Virus record (IMG/VR): IMGVR_UViG_3300045988_175328
Span: 32,001 to 96,000 of that record
Strand: one strand, 5' to 3'
DNA length: 64,000 bases
Source: a virus
Part shown: in pieces, positions 1 through 9,001 of the stretch
How the letters are laid out: every line of letters starts with the position of its first letter
Numbering within the stretch: position 1 is the first letter of the stretch
The notes under the pieces: model-generated
What the model saw: only the letters and a program-made list of their open reading frames with translations
Databases searched by the model: none
Told to the model about the DNA's origin: nothing
Position numbers and translations under genes: made by a program

Positions 1-231
1 TTAAAAGTATATCTTGGTAGAGCTCAATATGACATTATTATATATGAAGTCGATATCGATAAGTTCAGCGTTTCAATGAAATGTTTCGCCGGCAAATATG
101 AACCTATGGATAGCGAAATCATATACTATCCACTTACACAGGAACTAGGCATTCTTTGCGATAAAAAAAGAATTATCCAGAGTATTCTACGGTTATTAGT
201 TGAAGGAGTTCGTGCTAATGGCAACGTATAG
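1..231 (+). CDS. C-terminal end of an ORF that starts upstream of the window (hypothetical protein)
   Basis: Frame 1 is open from base 1 to TAG 229-231 (..ILRLLVEGVRANGNV*). It is absent from the ORF track because it has no start in the window. It overlaps the next gene start by 14 nt. No family recognised. Confidence 0.35.
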   Translation, partial: LKVYLGRAQYDIIIYEVDIDKFSVSMKCFAGKYEPMDSEIIYYPLTQELGILCDKKRIIQSILRLLVEGVRANGNV

Positions 232-3200
232 AATGGTTGACGCCATGGCAACTGCTTGGGATTTTTTCGCTAAGAAAGAAGTTCGTCCTGTAGTTGCTGC
301 TGGTATAATGGGAAATATATACGGAGAATCTGGATGGAATATTCATATTAAAAATGAAGGCGGCTATACTGGATTATGTCAGTGGGATCCAGAAACTAGA
401 TGGCCTCGGTTTTTAAGCCAGGGAAGAAATCCAGATCGTGTATTAGATCAGTTAGAATATCTTTGGTGGGAACTTCAAACTGACTATAAAAGTATGATTC
501 CTAGCACTGATGATGTATTAAATTCTGATACAATCGAAGCAGCAACTAAAAATTTTCATGATTGTTTCGAACGATCAGGCAATTGGACAGATAGTGGTCC
601 GGAACGGATAAAAAGAGCTAAGGAAGCATATGAACATTTTGTTAATAAAGTTGAATTAAATGAAGTAGATTATCCTTCTATAACAGTTGATGCATATGAT
701 CCTAATGGTGTCACTCAAATTGATCCTCAAAAATTAGGTAAAGGAGGAGCCGCTAGTTTTAGCTCAACTTCTGCAACTGGGACTCAATTATCGAAGATGG
801 GCGTTAAACCTACGCCTAAACAATATACTATTTTTAAAGGACAGAAATTAGCTCCTAAAAGCACTCCTTGTGTTCCTGTATATCCCGATATTATATCGGT
901 ATATAATCAGATTCCAGATTGGGCTATGAAAGATGTATTAGGAGATGAAGCTGGAAAGGTTCAACCACCATCTGGTCATGCTAATCATTATAAAAAAGTT
1001 AAATCTAAAGGAGGTACTAATGCAGGAACAACTGGGGGCAATACTAATAATTCTATTATTGGGACTAAGAATAATAATACCGCTATTAACAATAATAATT
1101 CTTCTTCTGATAGTAAGTCTAGTAATTCTGTTCCTAATTCTAATACAGTAAATTCTAACTCAGGAATTAGTACTAGATCTGCAGAGCCTGTTCCTATTAA
1201 TCCAGGAGCTCCTGCGCCAGGAGACAAGAAAATTCCTGAATCTGATCAAAATAAAGAAGCCACTACAACTAAACCTCAAGAACAAAAACAGAGTCCTACA
1301 ATTTTAACAAATAATGTTCCACAATCAGCTTATGAACAGGTAAACAATGATTATGGTTGTTTTAATGTTGTTCTTCCTGGTGGAGCCATTGCTAAATATG
1401 GTAATGCTAATGCTGCCGAGTCATTAAAATATGTCCAAACTCTTGCACAACGTCAAATTAGATTTAATCCTAAAGATCACAGCAATGCTATTAAAGCGCC
1501 ATTTCCTGGTAAAGTTCAGAACAATAATGATCCATTTCCTGTAGATTTACGAATACGTGATTTAGAAATGCATAATCCACGCATTGTAATCGACAGTATT
1601 AATGGATTAACTGAATTTGAAACCGCTACGGCTAAAGCGTTACTTGAGCTAGGTGGTGATACTGAAAAACGGGTTGTTCAACTTGAAAATCATTTAGCAA
1701 CAACTATGCGATATTTATTTAGATTGGCGTCTATTGTTCCAATTAATGATATTTACTATGGAGGCAATTCTCTTTATGAAAAATATCATGGGATTCGACA
1801 ACTTGACGATATGCTTATTAATGATGGATTTCAAACTCAACTCGATCAATACTTAACTTCAACTCGTGTTGAGCCTATTATTGGTCAAGTATATGAATTA
1901 TTAAATCAAGTCGGCGCCAATTTATCTGTAATCCTTGATGACAATCAAATGGCATATTCTAATATGGATCATTATGTAAAATTAAACGATATTACTCAAT
2001 ATCAGGAACCATTAAAAATGGCTGTTATTCATGAAGCGGCTTCATTAACAAAAAGCACTGAAGATCAAGTCTTAAATGAGATATGGCCTGATGGATTTGT
2101 AATGGATTGGAAATTAATTCCTGTTGAACAACAAACTCCATTAATTAATTGGCGCCAATCTATTATAGACGATGGCTCTGCATTAATGAACAGTGCTCCA
2201 TTATATGGAACTGGAGATGCCGCTGGTGCTGCTATGACCGGCAACGCTAAAAATAATATTTTTTATAAAACTGCTGTTGAGCTTTCTGGGTCTAGTCATC
2301 AAGATGTTGTAAAAATGATTAAAATTGCTGAAGATAAAATTAAACAATATCAAGATATAGCTGAGAATATAGCTAAGTCCAAAGAAGTTTACATGAGTTT
2401 AAATAAATCTTTGAAAGATTCTAATCTTGGTTCTGATTTCTCAACTCCAGTAATTGCAACATTAATGTGTATGAAAGATACGTCTGATTTTGCAGCTGTA
2501 GTTGAAGGGTTAAAAGGTGTTAAAGCTAAAATTAAAGAACAGTCTTCCATTACGAATCCATTATTAATTGCTCTTGCTTATCTAGAAGAAGATCTATATA
2601 TCATTGGCGATAACCCAACGAAAGATCCAACTGATAAAAAGACAGAGCATGAAGAATTAAGAACCCGTTTAGATTTTGTTTATAAAACTAAGAAAACTGA
2701 GTCTAGTTCTGAAAATGGCTCAGGCGGTGGTATACAAAAGATTTATTTCAATCTTACTCTTGGTGAAGAAGAAAAATGGACCTTTAGTCAATTTATGGAG
2801 CCATATTCTATTAACTGCCATAAGAAACGAGAAGAACCAGTAGAGCTTGATAACAAATTACAATCTCTTGTTACATTATGTATTTGTTATAGGGAACTTT
2901 CTAAAAAATTTAGAATGACTGAATTTGATAATGATCAATGGACATTCTTTATTAAACAAGAATTAATTGAAAAAATGTACATTGCTGGATTTCCTGGAGA
3001 AGAAAGAAGTAGTCATATTCATGAAGGATTTGATATCGATATTGAAGGAGCTGAAAGCGGTGAATTTAATGTTGAGGTATTATCTCCTTGTGAAGGATAC
3101 ATAATTGATTCTAGTCAAACATGGGGGACTGTGACCATTCAATCTTCAAATGGAACAAATAATGTAGTTAATTTCTTCCATTTAAAAGAACGTTTTGTTA

Positions 3201-3451
3201 ATACTGGAGATCAAGTTCAAAAAGGAACTCCTATTGGAATTATGGGAGGTATCGGAGGCTCTGGCTCTACAGAATATCCAGAACATATACATGTTGAGCT
3301 TTGGCCAACTGGATATAAATCCCATCCATTTGGAAGTATTGGTAGTTGTTATCCAGGAATTTTCCAAGACTACTGTCAAGATGCTATTGATCGAAGAGTT
3401 CGTGAACATGGAAGTGGGGAGTATTCTTATTTTAGAAACTTCGGCAAATAA
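218..3451 (+). CDS. virion-associated peptidoglycan hydrolase (N-terminal phage lysozyme-like domain, C-terminal M23/LytM peptidase)
   Basis: ORF track 200..3451; ATG 218 follows GAAGGAG (202-208). N-terminus AAGIMGNIYGESGW..GLCQWD resembles phage tail lysozyme-like domains. There is an Asn/Ser/Thr low-complexity linker (about nt 1000-1300). C-terminus HIHEGFDIDI ... GTPIGIMGG ... HIHVELW fits the HxxxD / HxH zinc site of M23 peptidases. Confidence 0.75.
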   Translation: MATYRMVDAMATAWDFFAKKEVRPVVAAGIMGNIYGESGWNIHIKNEGGYTGLCQWDPETRWPRFLSQGRNPDRVLDQLEYLWWELQTDYKSMIPSTDDVLNSDTIEAATKNFHDCFERSGNWTDSGPERIKRAKEAYEHFVNKVELNEVDYPSITVDAYDPNGVTQIDPQKLGKGGAASFSSTSATGTQLSKMGVKPTPKQYTIFKGQKLAPKSTPCVPVYPDIISVYNQIPDWAMKDVLGDEAGKVQPPSGHANHYKKVKSKGGTNAGTTGGNTNNSIIGTKNNNTAINNNNSSSDSKSSNSVPNSNTVNSNSGISTRSAEPVPINPGAPAPGDKKIPESDQNKEATTTKPQEQKQSPTILTNNVPQSAYEQVNNDYGCFNVVLPGGAIAKYGNANAAESLKYVQTLAQRQIRFNPKDHSNAIKAPFPGKVQNNNDPFPVDLRIRDLEMHNPRIVIDSINGLTEFETATAKALLELGGDTEKRVVQLENHLATTMRYLFRLASIVPINDIYYGGNSLYEKYHGIRQLDDMLINDGFQTQLDQYLTSTRVEPIIGQVYELLNQVGANLSVILDDNQMAYSNMDHYVKLNDITQYQEPLKMAVIHEAASLTKSTEDQVLNEIWPDGFVMDWKLIPVEQQTPLINWRQSIIDDGSALMNSAPLYGTGDAAGAAMTGNAKNNIFYKTAVELSGSSHQDVVKMIKIAEDKIKQYQDIAENIAKSKEVYMSLNKSLKDSNLGSDFSTPVIATLMCMKDTSDFAAVVEGLKGVKAKIKEQSSITNPLLIALAYLEEDLYIIGDNPTKDPTDKKTEHEELRTRLDFVYKTKKTESSSENGSGGGIQKIYFNLTLGEEEKWTFSQFMEPYSINCHKKREEPVELDNKLQSLVTLCICYRELSKKFRMTEFDNDQWTFFIKQELIEKMYIAGFPGEERSSHIHEGFDIDIEGAESGEFNVEVLSPCEGYIIDSSQTWGTVTIQSSNGTNNVVNFFHLKERFVNTGDQVQKGTPIGIMGGIGGSGSTEYPEHIHVELWPTGYKSHPFGSIGSCYPGIFQDYCQDAIDRRVREHGSGEYSYFRNFGK

Positions 3452-3452
3452 G

Positions 3453-3481
3453 TTGTTAAATTTTACTAATAGTAGTATAAT
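3453..3481 (+). promoter_or_regulatory. sigma70-type promoter candidate (TTGTTA-17 nt-TATAAT)
   Basis: TTGTTA at 3453-3458, exact 17-nt spacer, TATAAT at 3476-3481, 36 nt upstream of the ATG at 3517. Confidence 0.4.
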
Positions 3482-3516
3482 AATATTGTAATATAGTACA
3501 TTAAGGAGGTCTTACA

Positions 3517-4179
3517 ATGACTACAGAAACCATGACACTTCGAGAAGCTTTATCTGAAAAGAAGCTGATCGAAAAGAAAATTCAGTTTTCTCTCGATGAG
3601 AAGATCATTCATGTTACAACACACGGTTCTAAGATTATCGACGGGTTATCGACCGATGAATGGGCTGATAAAGTTAAATCTAACTATCAGTCTTTAACAG
3701 ATAATATGCGTCGATATAATGCTTTATCTAAAGCTATTTTAAATGCTAATGTAAATCATCGCATTACTGTTAAGAAATTTAAAGGCTTCGAGTCCACGAA
3801 TGAAACCGAAGAAATTTCTTTTGCTGAAGCAATTGCTCGCAAAAATTTCTTTAAAATCATTTTGATGCCTTACATCGAAACGCAATTAGTCGAGATTACT
3901 CGAGCATCTAGAAAGTATGAAACCGAGTGTCAAAAAGCAATTAGTTTAGTCGCTGAAGAGACAAATAAGGCTTGTGCTACAAAAGATACGATGAGCTCTC
4001 GCAATCGAGAGTCTATTGAAGATAACTTTAAAAAGATTTTTGAAGTTACGTATCACGATCCTTTAAAAGCAGCGAAACTAATGGCAGCAGCTAAAGATCA
4101 AGTTGAATCATATTTAAACTCTATCGATGCTTCTCTTGGTCATTTAACTGAAGTAACAGATGTGACAATCGAGTATTAA
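3517..4179 (+). CDS. hypothetical protein
   Basis: ORF track; strong RBS AAGGAGG 8 nt upstream of the ATG; no family recognised. Confidence 0.6.
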   Translation: MTTETMTLREALSEKKLIEKKIQFSLDEKIIHVTTHGSKIIDGLSTDEWADKVKSNYQSLTDNMRRYNALSKAILNANVNHRITVKKFKGFESTNETEEISFAEAIARKNFFKIILMPYIETQLVEITRASRKYETECQKAISLVAEETNKACATKDTMSSRNRESIEDNFKKIFEVTYHDPLKAAKLMAAAKDQVESYLNSIDASLGHLTEVTDVTIEY

Positions 4180-4188
4180 TTAAAACAT

Positions 4189-4233
4189 GTGTTAGTATAT
4201 AGAAAATTGTTTTTCTAACACGCGGCATTTTTT
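4189..4233 (+). terminator. possible intrinsic terminator
   Basis: GTGTTAG (4189-4195) pairs with CTAACAC (4215-4221), followed by GCGGCATTTTTT. The loop is large, so this is weak. Confidence 0.3.
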
Positions 4234-4278
4234 ATAGTTGTTTTTTTGCTGCGTAATGCCAATCATAAAAACTACTAA

Positions 4279-4451
4279 ATCAAATTTGTAGAGATCAAAT
4301 AAACTCTAAATACAAGGAAATCAAATATCCTATAGAGATATTTAAAGTGGTGTGAATATATATAAATATCAAATGCCATATAGATATAAAAATAATGGCA
4401 TAAATATATTTTTAATTCACTTAAGAAATCTAGTAATCGATTTAATCAAAT
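4279..4451. repeat. iteron-like repeats (ATCAAAT x5) in a 500-nt AT-rich non-coding region
   Basis: ATCAAAT at 4279, 4294, 4320, 4368 and 4445, plus ATCAAT variants at 4456 and about 4523. No ORF of 60 aa or more lies in 4180-4645. Confidence 0.35.
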
Positions 4452-4611
4452 ATGTATCAATCTATCTAATCCATTAAATATATGACTTCAATCTATTACT
4501 TAATAATCCGCTTAATCTTGTAATCAATAATTTAATATAAAATCTTGGATTAAAGTTTTGAGTTTGTTAGACATTAACGATTTGTACCAAGCATATATAC
4601 TAACACTTAAT

Positions 4612-4677
4612 ATACCCCAAACGCACATAATACGTTGTATGTACAATGTATATACAACGTATTGGGGTATATTTTTT
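4612..4677 (+). terminator. long hairpin plus T-run (intrinsic terminator candidate)
   Basis: ATACCCCAA (4612-4620) pairs with TTGGGGTAT (4662-4670). Inner arms ATACGTTGTAT / ATACAACGTAT also pair. TTTTTT follows at 4672-4677. Confidence 0.5.
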
Positions 4678-4679
4678 AT

Positions 4680-4753
4680 GCTTTCGTAGTTCAGTGGGAG
4701 AACAGCAGCATGTCACTGATCAGTCGCTGGTTCGAATCCAGCCGGAAGCACCA
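4680..4753 (+). tRNA. tRNA-like gene, Asp(GUC)-like anticodon loop, encoded CCA; the anticodon stem does not pair
   Basis: Acceptor GCTTTCG/CGGAAGC, D arm GTTC-AGTGGGA-GAAC, T arm GCTGG-TTCGAAT-CCAGC, and 3' ACCA are all canonical. Loop ATGTCAC gives U33-GUC-A37, but the flanking stem GCAGC/TGATC has only one Watson-Crick pair. Confidence 0.6.
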
Positions 4754-4782
4754 TTGACAATTAAATATATTAATACTATAAT
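4754..4782 (+). promoter_or_regulatory. consensus sigma70 promoter (TTGACA-17 nt-TATAAT)
   Basis: TTGACA 4754-4759, 17-nt spacer, TATAAT 4777-4782, starting immediately after the tRNA CCA end. Confidence 0.5.
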
Positions 4783-4788
4783 AAAGGG

Positions 4789-4880
4789 GCAAGGTTTCAT
4801 GTCTTGTAATTTAGAAAAGACATTTTCTAAGTACCCTCCTTGGTTGCCCACAGTAACGCATGCTGTGGGCATTTTATTTT
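4789..4880 (+). ncRNA. putative ~90-nt transcript between a consensus promoter and a terminator
   Basis: Bounded by the promoter at 4754-4782 and the terminator at 4846-4880. Contains the hairpin ATGTCTT..AAGACAT (4799-4823) and a CCCTCCTTGG tract. The ORF-track frame across it has no credible start or RBS. Confidence 0.3.
4846..4880 (+). terminator. intrinsic terminator
   Basis: GCCCACAG (4846-4853) pairs with CTGTGGGC (4863-4870), followed by ATTTTATTTT. Confidence 0.55.
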
Positions 4881-4930
4881 ACATGAAAGAGGTGTTTATT
4901 ATTATTTTATTTGGCGGTAACAACCAAATT

Positions 4931-5260
4931 ATGTTAACGAATGGTCAACGTCTTATTGGAACTATCGGTGAAGACGAAGAACTTCTTGTCAAAGGATACG
5001 GAGATTCTGTATTTAAACTCGAAATAAAAGATCATGGTATGAAGCAAATGCTTCGAGTATCTCTACAGTCCCAAAATAATCAATATGGAACACAATTAGT
5101 CATTTCTGAGTTTAATCATAAAGTTGGCGACGAAGTTAAATTCGAAAATTCTAATACTGTTTGGACTGTAATTTCTATTGAAGAAACAGAGGAACCAGCA
5201 TACCAAATTTTATGTGAAGTCCCAGTAAAGATTAACAATTTTCAATTTGATTCCTTTTAA
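4931..5260 (+). CDS. hypothetical protein (start uncertain; ATG 4883 is the alternative)
   Basis: This is the 3' part of ORF-track 4646..5260. The 5' part of that ORF runs through the tRNA, promoter and terminator, so it is rejected. No strong RBS precedes either ATG. Confidence 0.4.
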   Translation: MLTNGQRLIGTIGEDEELLVKGYGDSVFKLEIKDHGMKQMLRVSLQSQNNQYGTQLVISEFNHKVGDEVKFENSNTVWTVISIEETEEPAYQILCEVPVKINNFQFDSF

Positions 5261-5310
5261 GGTTGCATGTTAAAATAGAGGTATACATGCAACTAGGAAA
5301 GGATTTTCAA

Positions 5311-7587
5311 ATGGATATTTTAATTAAAAAACGCAATGGTACAAGTGAACCATTAGACGTGGAAAAAACAAAACGTATGATTTCTTTTGCCTGTAAAGGA
5401 CTTGAAGATTGCAATCCACTTGATTTAGAAATGGATGCGAAACTTCAGTTTGTTGAGAACATGACAACAAAAGAAATTCAAAAGATTTTAATTCAGTCGG
5501 CTATCGAAAAAGTAATTCAAAAAGTAGATGATGGATTCGGCAATCGAGTGAATCGAATGACATCTAATTGGCAATATGTGGCGGCACGATTATACTTATT
5601 TGATCTATATAAAGAAGCTGCTATTGCACGAGAATATACTACTTTTGGATATGGATCTTATATAGAATTAATTAAAAAATTAATTGTATCTGGTAACTAT
5701 AATGAAGATATTTTTTGCAAATATTCTTATGCAAATCTTGTAGAATTAAGTTCTTATATCAAACCAGAACGAGATTATTTATTTAATTACGAAGGCGTTA
5801 AATTGCTTTCTGATCGCTATCTTGTTAAAGGATTTAATAAAGAAGTATATGAACTGCCACAAGAACGATTTATGACGATTGCAATTCATTTAGCATCAGT
5901 CGAAAAAGATAAAGTATATTGGGCTAAAAAGTTCTATGACATGCTATCTTTATTAAAGATGACAGTGGCAACACCAACACTTGCTAATGCCGGAACTAAT
6001 TTTCCACAATTAAGTTCTTGTTTTATCTCGGCAGTAGATGATAGCTTATCTTCTATTTACGATGTAAATACTAAGTTCTCTCGTGTTTCTAAAGAAGGCG
6101 GAGCTCTTGGTATTTATCTTGGAGATGTGAGAGCTATAAATTCTACAATTCGTGGCTATAAAAATTCTTCAGGCGGAGTTATTCCTTGGGTGCGTTTGTA
6201 TAACGATACGGCTGTAGCCGTCGACCAGTTAGGTAAACGTAAAGGTTCAACTTCTATCACGCTCGACATCTGGCATAAGGATTTATACGAGTTTATTGAA
6301 CTTCGTACAAACAATGGCGACGATCGTCGTAAGGCTCACGATATTTTTCCAGCGATTTCTATTCCTAATATTTTTATGGAGCGATTGATTGCTCGCGAAA
6401 ATTTCTCTTTGTTTGATCCATATGAAGTCAAAAAAGAAATGGGTTATACATTATCTGATTATTTTGACGATGTAAATTCTAAAGAATTTTCTAAACGATA
6501 TCAAGAGTGCGAAGCAAACAAAAAGATTTCTCGTATCGAAGTTCCAGCTATGGATATTATGAAGAAAATCATGAAGTCTGCTGTAGAAACAGGTACACCA
6601 TTTATTTTCTTCCGAGATACAGTAAATCAAGCAAATCCTAATAAACATCGAGGTATGATTAAATCATCTAATCTTTGTCATGAGATTACTCAGAATATGA
6701 GTCCTTCAATTCTCAAAGAAAGCATTGAAGAAAATGGATACGTAGTCGAACGATTTATTCCCGGTGACATGGTTACATGTAATCTTAATTCTATTAATTT
6801 AGGGCGTTATAATAAAGAAACGGCAGCTGAAGATATTTCAACACAAATTCGCATGCTTGACAATGTAATTAGCGTTAACATGTTCCCGACAGTAGAAGCT
6901 GGTATTACATCCAATAAATATCGCGCGATCGGTCTTGGCACTAGTGGATATCATCATTACCTCGTTAACAATAATATTAAATGGGAATCTGACGAGCATT
7001 TAAAAGAAGCTAATTCTTTGTTCGAAGATATTGCTTACTACGCTATTAAAGCTTCGATGGAACTTGCTAAAGAGCTTGGTCCGTATCCAGAATTCTATGG
7101 TTCTGAATGGCAAAATGGTATATATTTTGAACGCCGCGGATACATTTCTCCACGATGGCAAGAATTAAAACAAGAAGTAATGAAATATGGTATTCGTAAT
7201 GGATATTTAATTGCAATTGCTCCAACAGGAAGCACTTCTAATATTGCTAACACAACTGCTGGTATTGACCCTATCTTTAAAAAATTCTTTATCGAAGAAA
7301 AGAAAGGCAGCTTTACACCTAAAACGGCGCCAGATTTAAATAGTAAAAATATGTGGCTATATAAAGAAGCCCATACAATTGACCAACAATGGTCTATTAA
7401 AGCTTGCGGTATTCGTCAACGTCATGTTGACCAGGCCCAATCTTTTAATCTTTACATTACTCCAGAAATTTCAGCAAAAGAAATTTTTGATATGTATGTG
7501 TCTTGCTGGAAAAACGGAGTAAAAACTATTTATTATATTCGTAATCAATCTTTAGAAATGGACGAGTGTACAAGTTGTTCATCTTAA
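5311..7587 (+). CDS. nrdA: ribonucleoside-diphosphate reductase, class I alpha subunit (with ATP-cone)
   Basis: ORF track 5263..7587; start moved to ATG 5311 behind AGGAAAGGA. ATP-cone-like N-terminus KRNGTSEPLDVEKTKR, active-site SSNLCHEI, C-terminal CTSCSS redox tail. The beta subunit lies two genes downstream. Confidence 0.88.
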   Translation: MDILIKKRNGTSEPLDVEKTKRMISFACKGLEDCNPLDLEMDAKLQFVENMTTKEIQKILIQSAIEKVIQKVDDGFGNRVNRMTSNWQYVAARLYLFDLYKEAAIAREYTTFGYGSYIELIKKLIVSGNYNEDIFCKYSYANLVELSSYIKPERDYLFNYEGVKLLSDRYLVKGFNKEVYELPQERFMTIAIHLASVEKDKVYWAKKFYDMLSLLKMTVATPTLANAGTNFPQLSSCFISAVDDSLSSIYDVNTKFSRVSKEGGALGIYLGDVRAINSTIRGYKNSSGGVIPWVRLYNDTAVAVDQLGKRKGSTSITLDIWHKDLYEFIELRTNNGDDRRKAHDIFPAISIPNIFMERLIARENFSLFDPYEVKKEMGYTLSDYFDDVNSKEFSKRYQECEANKKISRIEVPAMDIMKKIMKSAVETGTPFIFFRDTVNQANPNKHRGMIKSSNLCHEITQNMSPSILKESIEENGYVVERFIPGDMVTCNLNSINLGRYNKETAAEDISTQIRMLDNVISVNMFPTVEAGITSNKYRAIGLGTSGYHHYLVNNNIKWESDEHLKEANSLFEDIAYYAIKASMELAKELGPYPEFYGSEWQNGIYFERRGYISPRWQELKQEVMKYGIRNGYLIAIAPTGSTSNIANTTAGIDPIFKKFFIEEKKGSFTPKTAPDLNSKNMWLYKEAHTIDQQWSIKACGIRQRHVDQAQSFNLYITPEISAKEIFDMYVSCWKNGVKTIYYIRNQSLEMDECTSCSS

Positions 7588-7601
7588 AACGGAGGCCTAA
7601 A

Positions 7602-7940
7602 ATGAACGTATTCATTTCACAACCGATGAAGGGGTTAACAATCCAAGAAATTAATGCTGAACGTATTTATGTTCTTGAGGCGTTAGAAAAATATTATAAT
7701 GAAGAAATTGTTCTTATTGAGCAATTCTTCGACAAAGATTTACATTATACTCCAGTCACTTGTTTAGCTGAGTCTTTAAAAATGATGGAACATGCTGATG
7801 TGATTGTATTCACTGGTAAGTGGGAAGCAGCTCGTGGCTGTCAGATCGAGCATAAAGTTGCTCGAGAGTATGGAGTAGCTAAAATTGCATATGCTATTAA
7901 AACACCAGAAGGTGTTCAAATTTTAGAAGAACAAATTTAA
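7602..7940 (+). CDS. DUF4406 / nucleoside 2-deoxyribosyltransferase-like protein
   Basis: ATG 7602 behind GGAGG (7591-7595). MNVFISQPMKGL ... ADVIVFTGKWEAARGCQIEHKVAREYGV fits the DUF4406 pattern (N-terminal ISGPM-type strand, C-terminal W-x-x-S/A-x-G-x-x-x-E). Confidence 0.5.
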   Translation: MNVFISQPMKGLTIQEINAERIYVLEALEKYYNEEIVLIEQFFDKDLHYTPVTCLAESLKMMEHADVIVFTGKWEAARGCQIEHKVAREYGVAKIAYAIKTPEGVQILEEQI

Positions 7941-7964
7941 ACTAACTAACCAAGGAGGACTATC

Positions 7965-8993
7965 ATGCAAAAGAAATTAATTTTTAACGAAAATGGCGAC
8001 CGCGGAACTCAATCTATGATTTTAGGGAACACAACTAATTTACGTGAATGGAATCGTATTAAATATGATTGGGCCAATCAGTTATATCGTACAATGCTTA
8101 ATAACTTCTGGATTCCAGAAGAAATCTCGTTAGGAGAAGATGTTAAGCAGTTCCCGTATTTAACAGATAGCGAACGCCGTGCTTTCGATAAAGTAATTGC
8201 TTTTCTAAACTTCTTAGATTCAATTCAAAGTGAAAACTTGCCAAACTTAAGTCGCTACATTACAGCACCTGAAGTGGCATCTTTATTAAATATTCAGGCT
8301 TTTCAAGAAGAAATTCATGCTCAATCTTATTCTTATATCTTGGATACTGTAACAAATCCAATCACTCGTGATGCAATTTATGATGAGTGGCGTACCGATG
8401 AAAATCTTTTAAAACGTAATCGTTTCATTGCAGACATCTATCAACGCTTTAATGAAAATCCTTCGATTACTAATTTAATTGAATGTATCATGGCCAACTA
8501 TATTTTAGAAGGCATTTATTTCTATTCTGGATTTAGTTTCTTCTATACATTAGCTCGCCAAGGTAAAATGAGCGCAACAGCAACTATCTTTAAATATATA
8601 AATCGTGACGAAGTAACACACTTAATTATCTTTCAAAATATTATTAAAGAGTTGCGCCAAGAAAATCCAGATATGTTCACCGAAGAATTACAAGAACAAC
8701 TTCTCGATATGTTAAAAACAGGAGTTGAACATGAAATTGAATGGGGCGCCTATGTTACCGACAATAAAATTTTAGGATTAAACAATGAGCTAATCGCTAA
8801 ATACATTAAATATTTAGGTAATAAACGTGCCGATGCAATTGGTCTTCGAATTCCTTATCCTGAGATCAAAGATAATCCAATGGAATGGATTGAAAGCTTC
8901 TCTAATCTAAATGATACTAAAACAGATTTCTTTGAAGCTAAAGTAACTAATTATACTAAAGCAGCTGCTTTTGATTTTGATGAGTTAGAGTAG
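7965..8993 (+). CDS. nrdB: ribonucleoside-diphosphate reductase, class I beta subunit
   Basis: RBS AAGGAGG; FWIPEEISL, EEIHAQSYSY (ExxH metal ligands), NRDEVTH, acidic C-terminal tail FDFDELE. Confidence 0.88.
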   Translation: MQKKLIFNENGDRGTQSMILGNTTNLREWNRIKYDWANQLYRTMLNNFWIPEEISLGEDVKQFPYLTDSERRAFDKVIAFLNFLDSIQSENLPNLSRYITAPEVASLLNIQAFQEEIHAQSYSYILDTVTNPITRDAIYDEWRTDENLLKRNRFIADIYQRFNENPSITNLIECIMANYILEGIYFYSGFSFFYTLARQGKMSATATIFKYINRDEVTHLIIFQNIIKELRQENPDMFTEELQEQLLDMLKTGVEHEIEWGAYVTDNKILGLNNELIAKYIKYLGNKRADAIGLRIPYPEIKDNPMEWIESFSNLNDTKTDFFEAKVTNYTKAAAFDFDELE

Positions 8994-9001
8994 GTGATAT
9001 T

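Noticed and set aside
945-1227. ORF-track entries 945..1151 (+) and 988..1227 (-) inside the lysin gene
   Set aside because: They lie in the Asn/Ser/Thr low-complexity coding tract of the 1077-aa ORF. They have repetitive Leu/Ile-rich translations and no RBS, so they are alternative-frame artefacts.
4646-4930. 5' part of ORF-track 4646..5260
   Set aside because: It reads straight through the tRNA-like gene, a consensus promoter and a terminator hairpin. Only the 3' part (from ATG 4883 or 4931) is plausibly coding.
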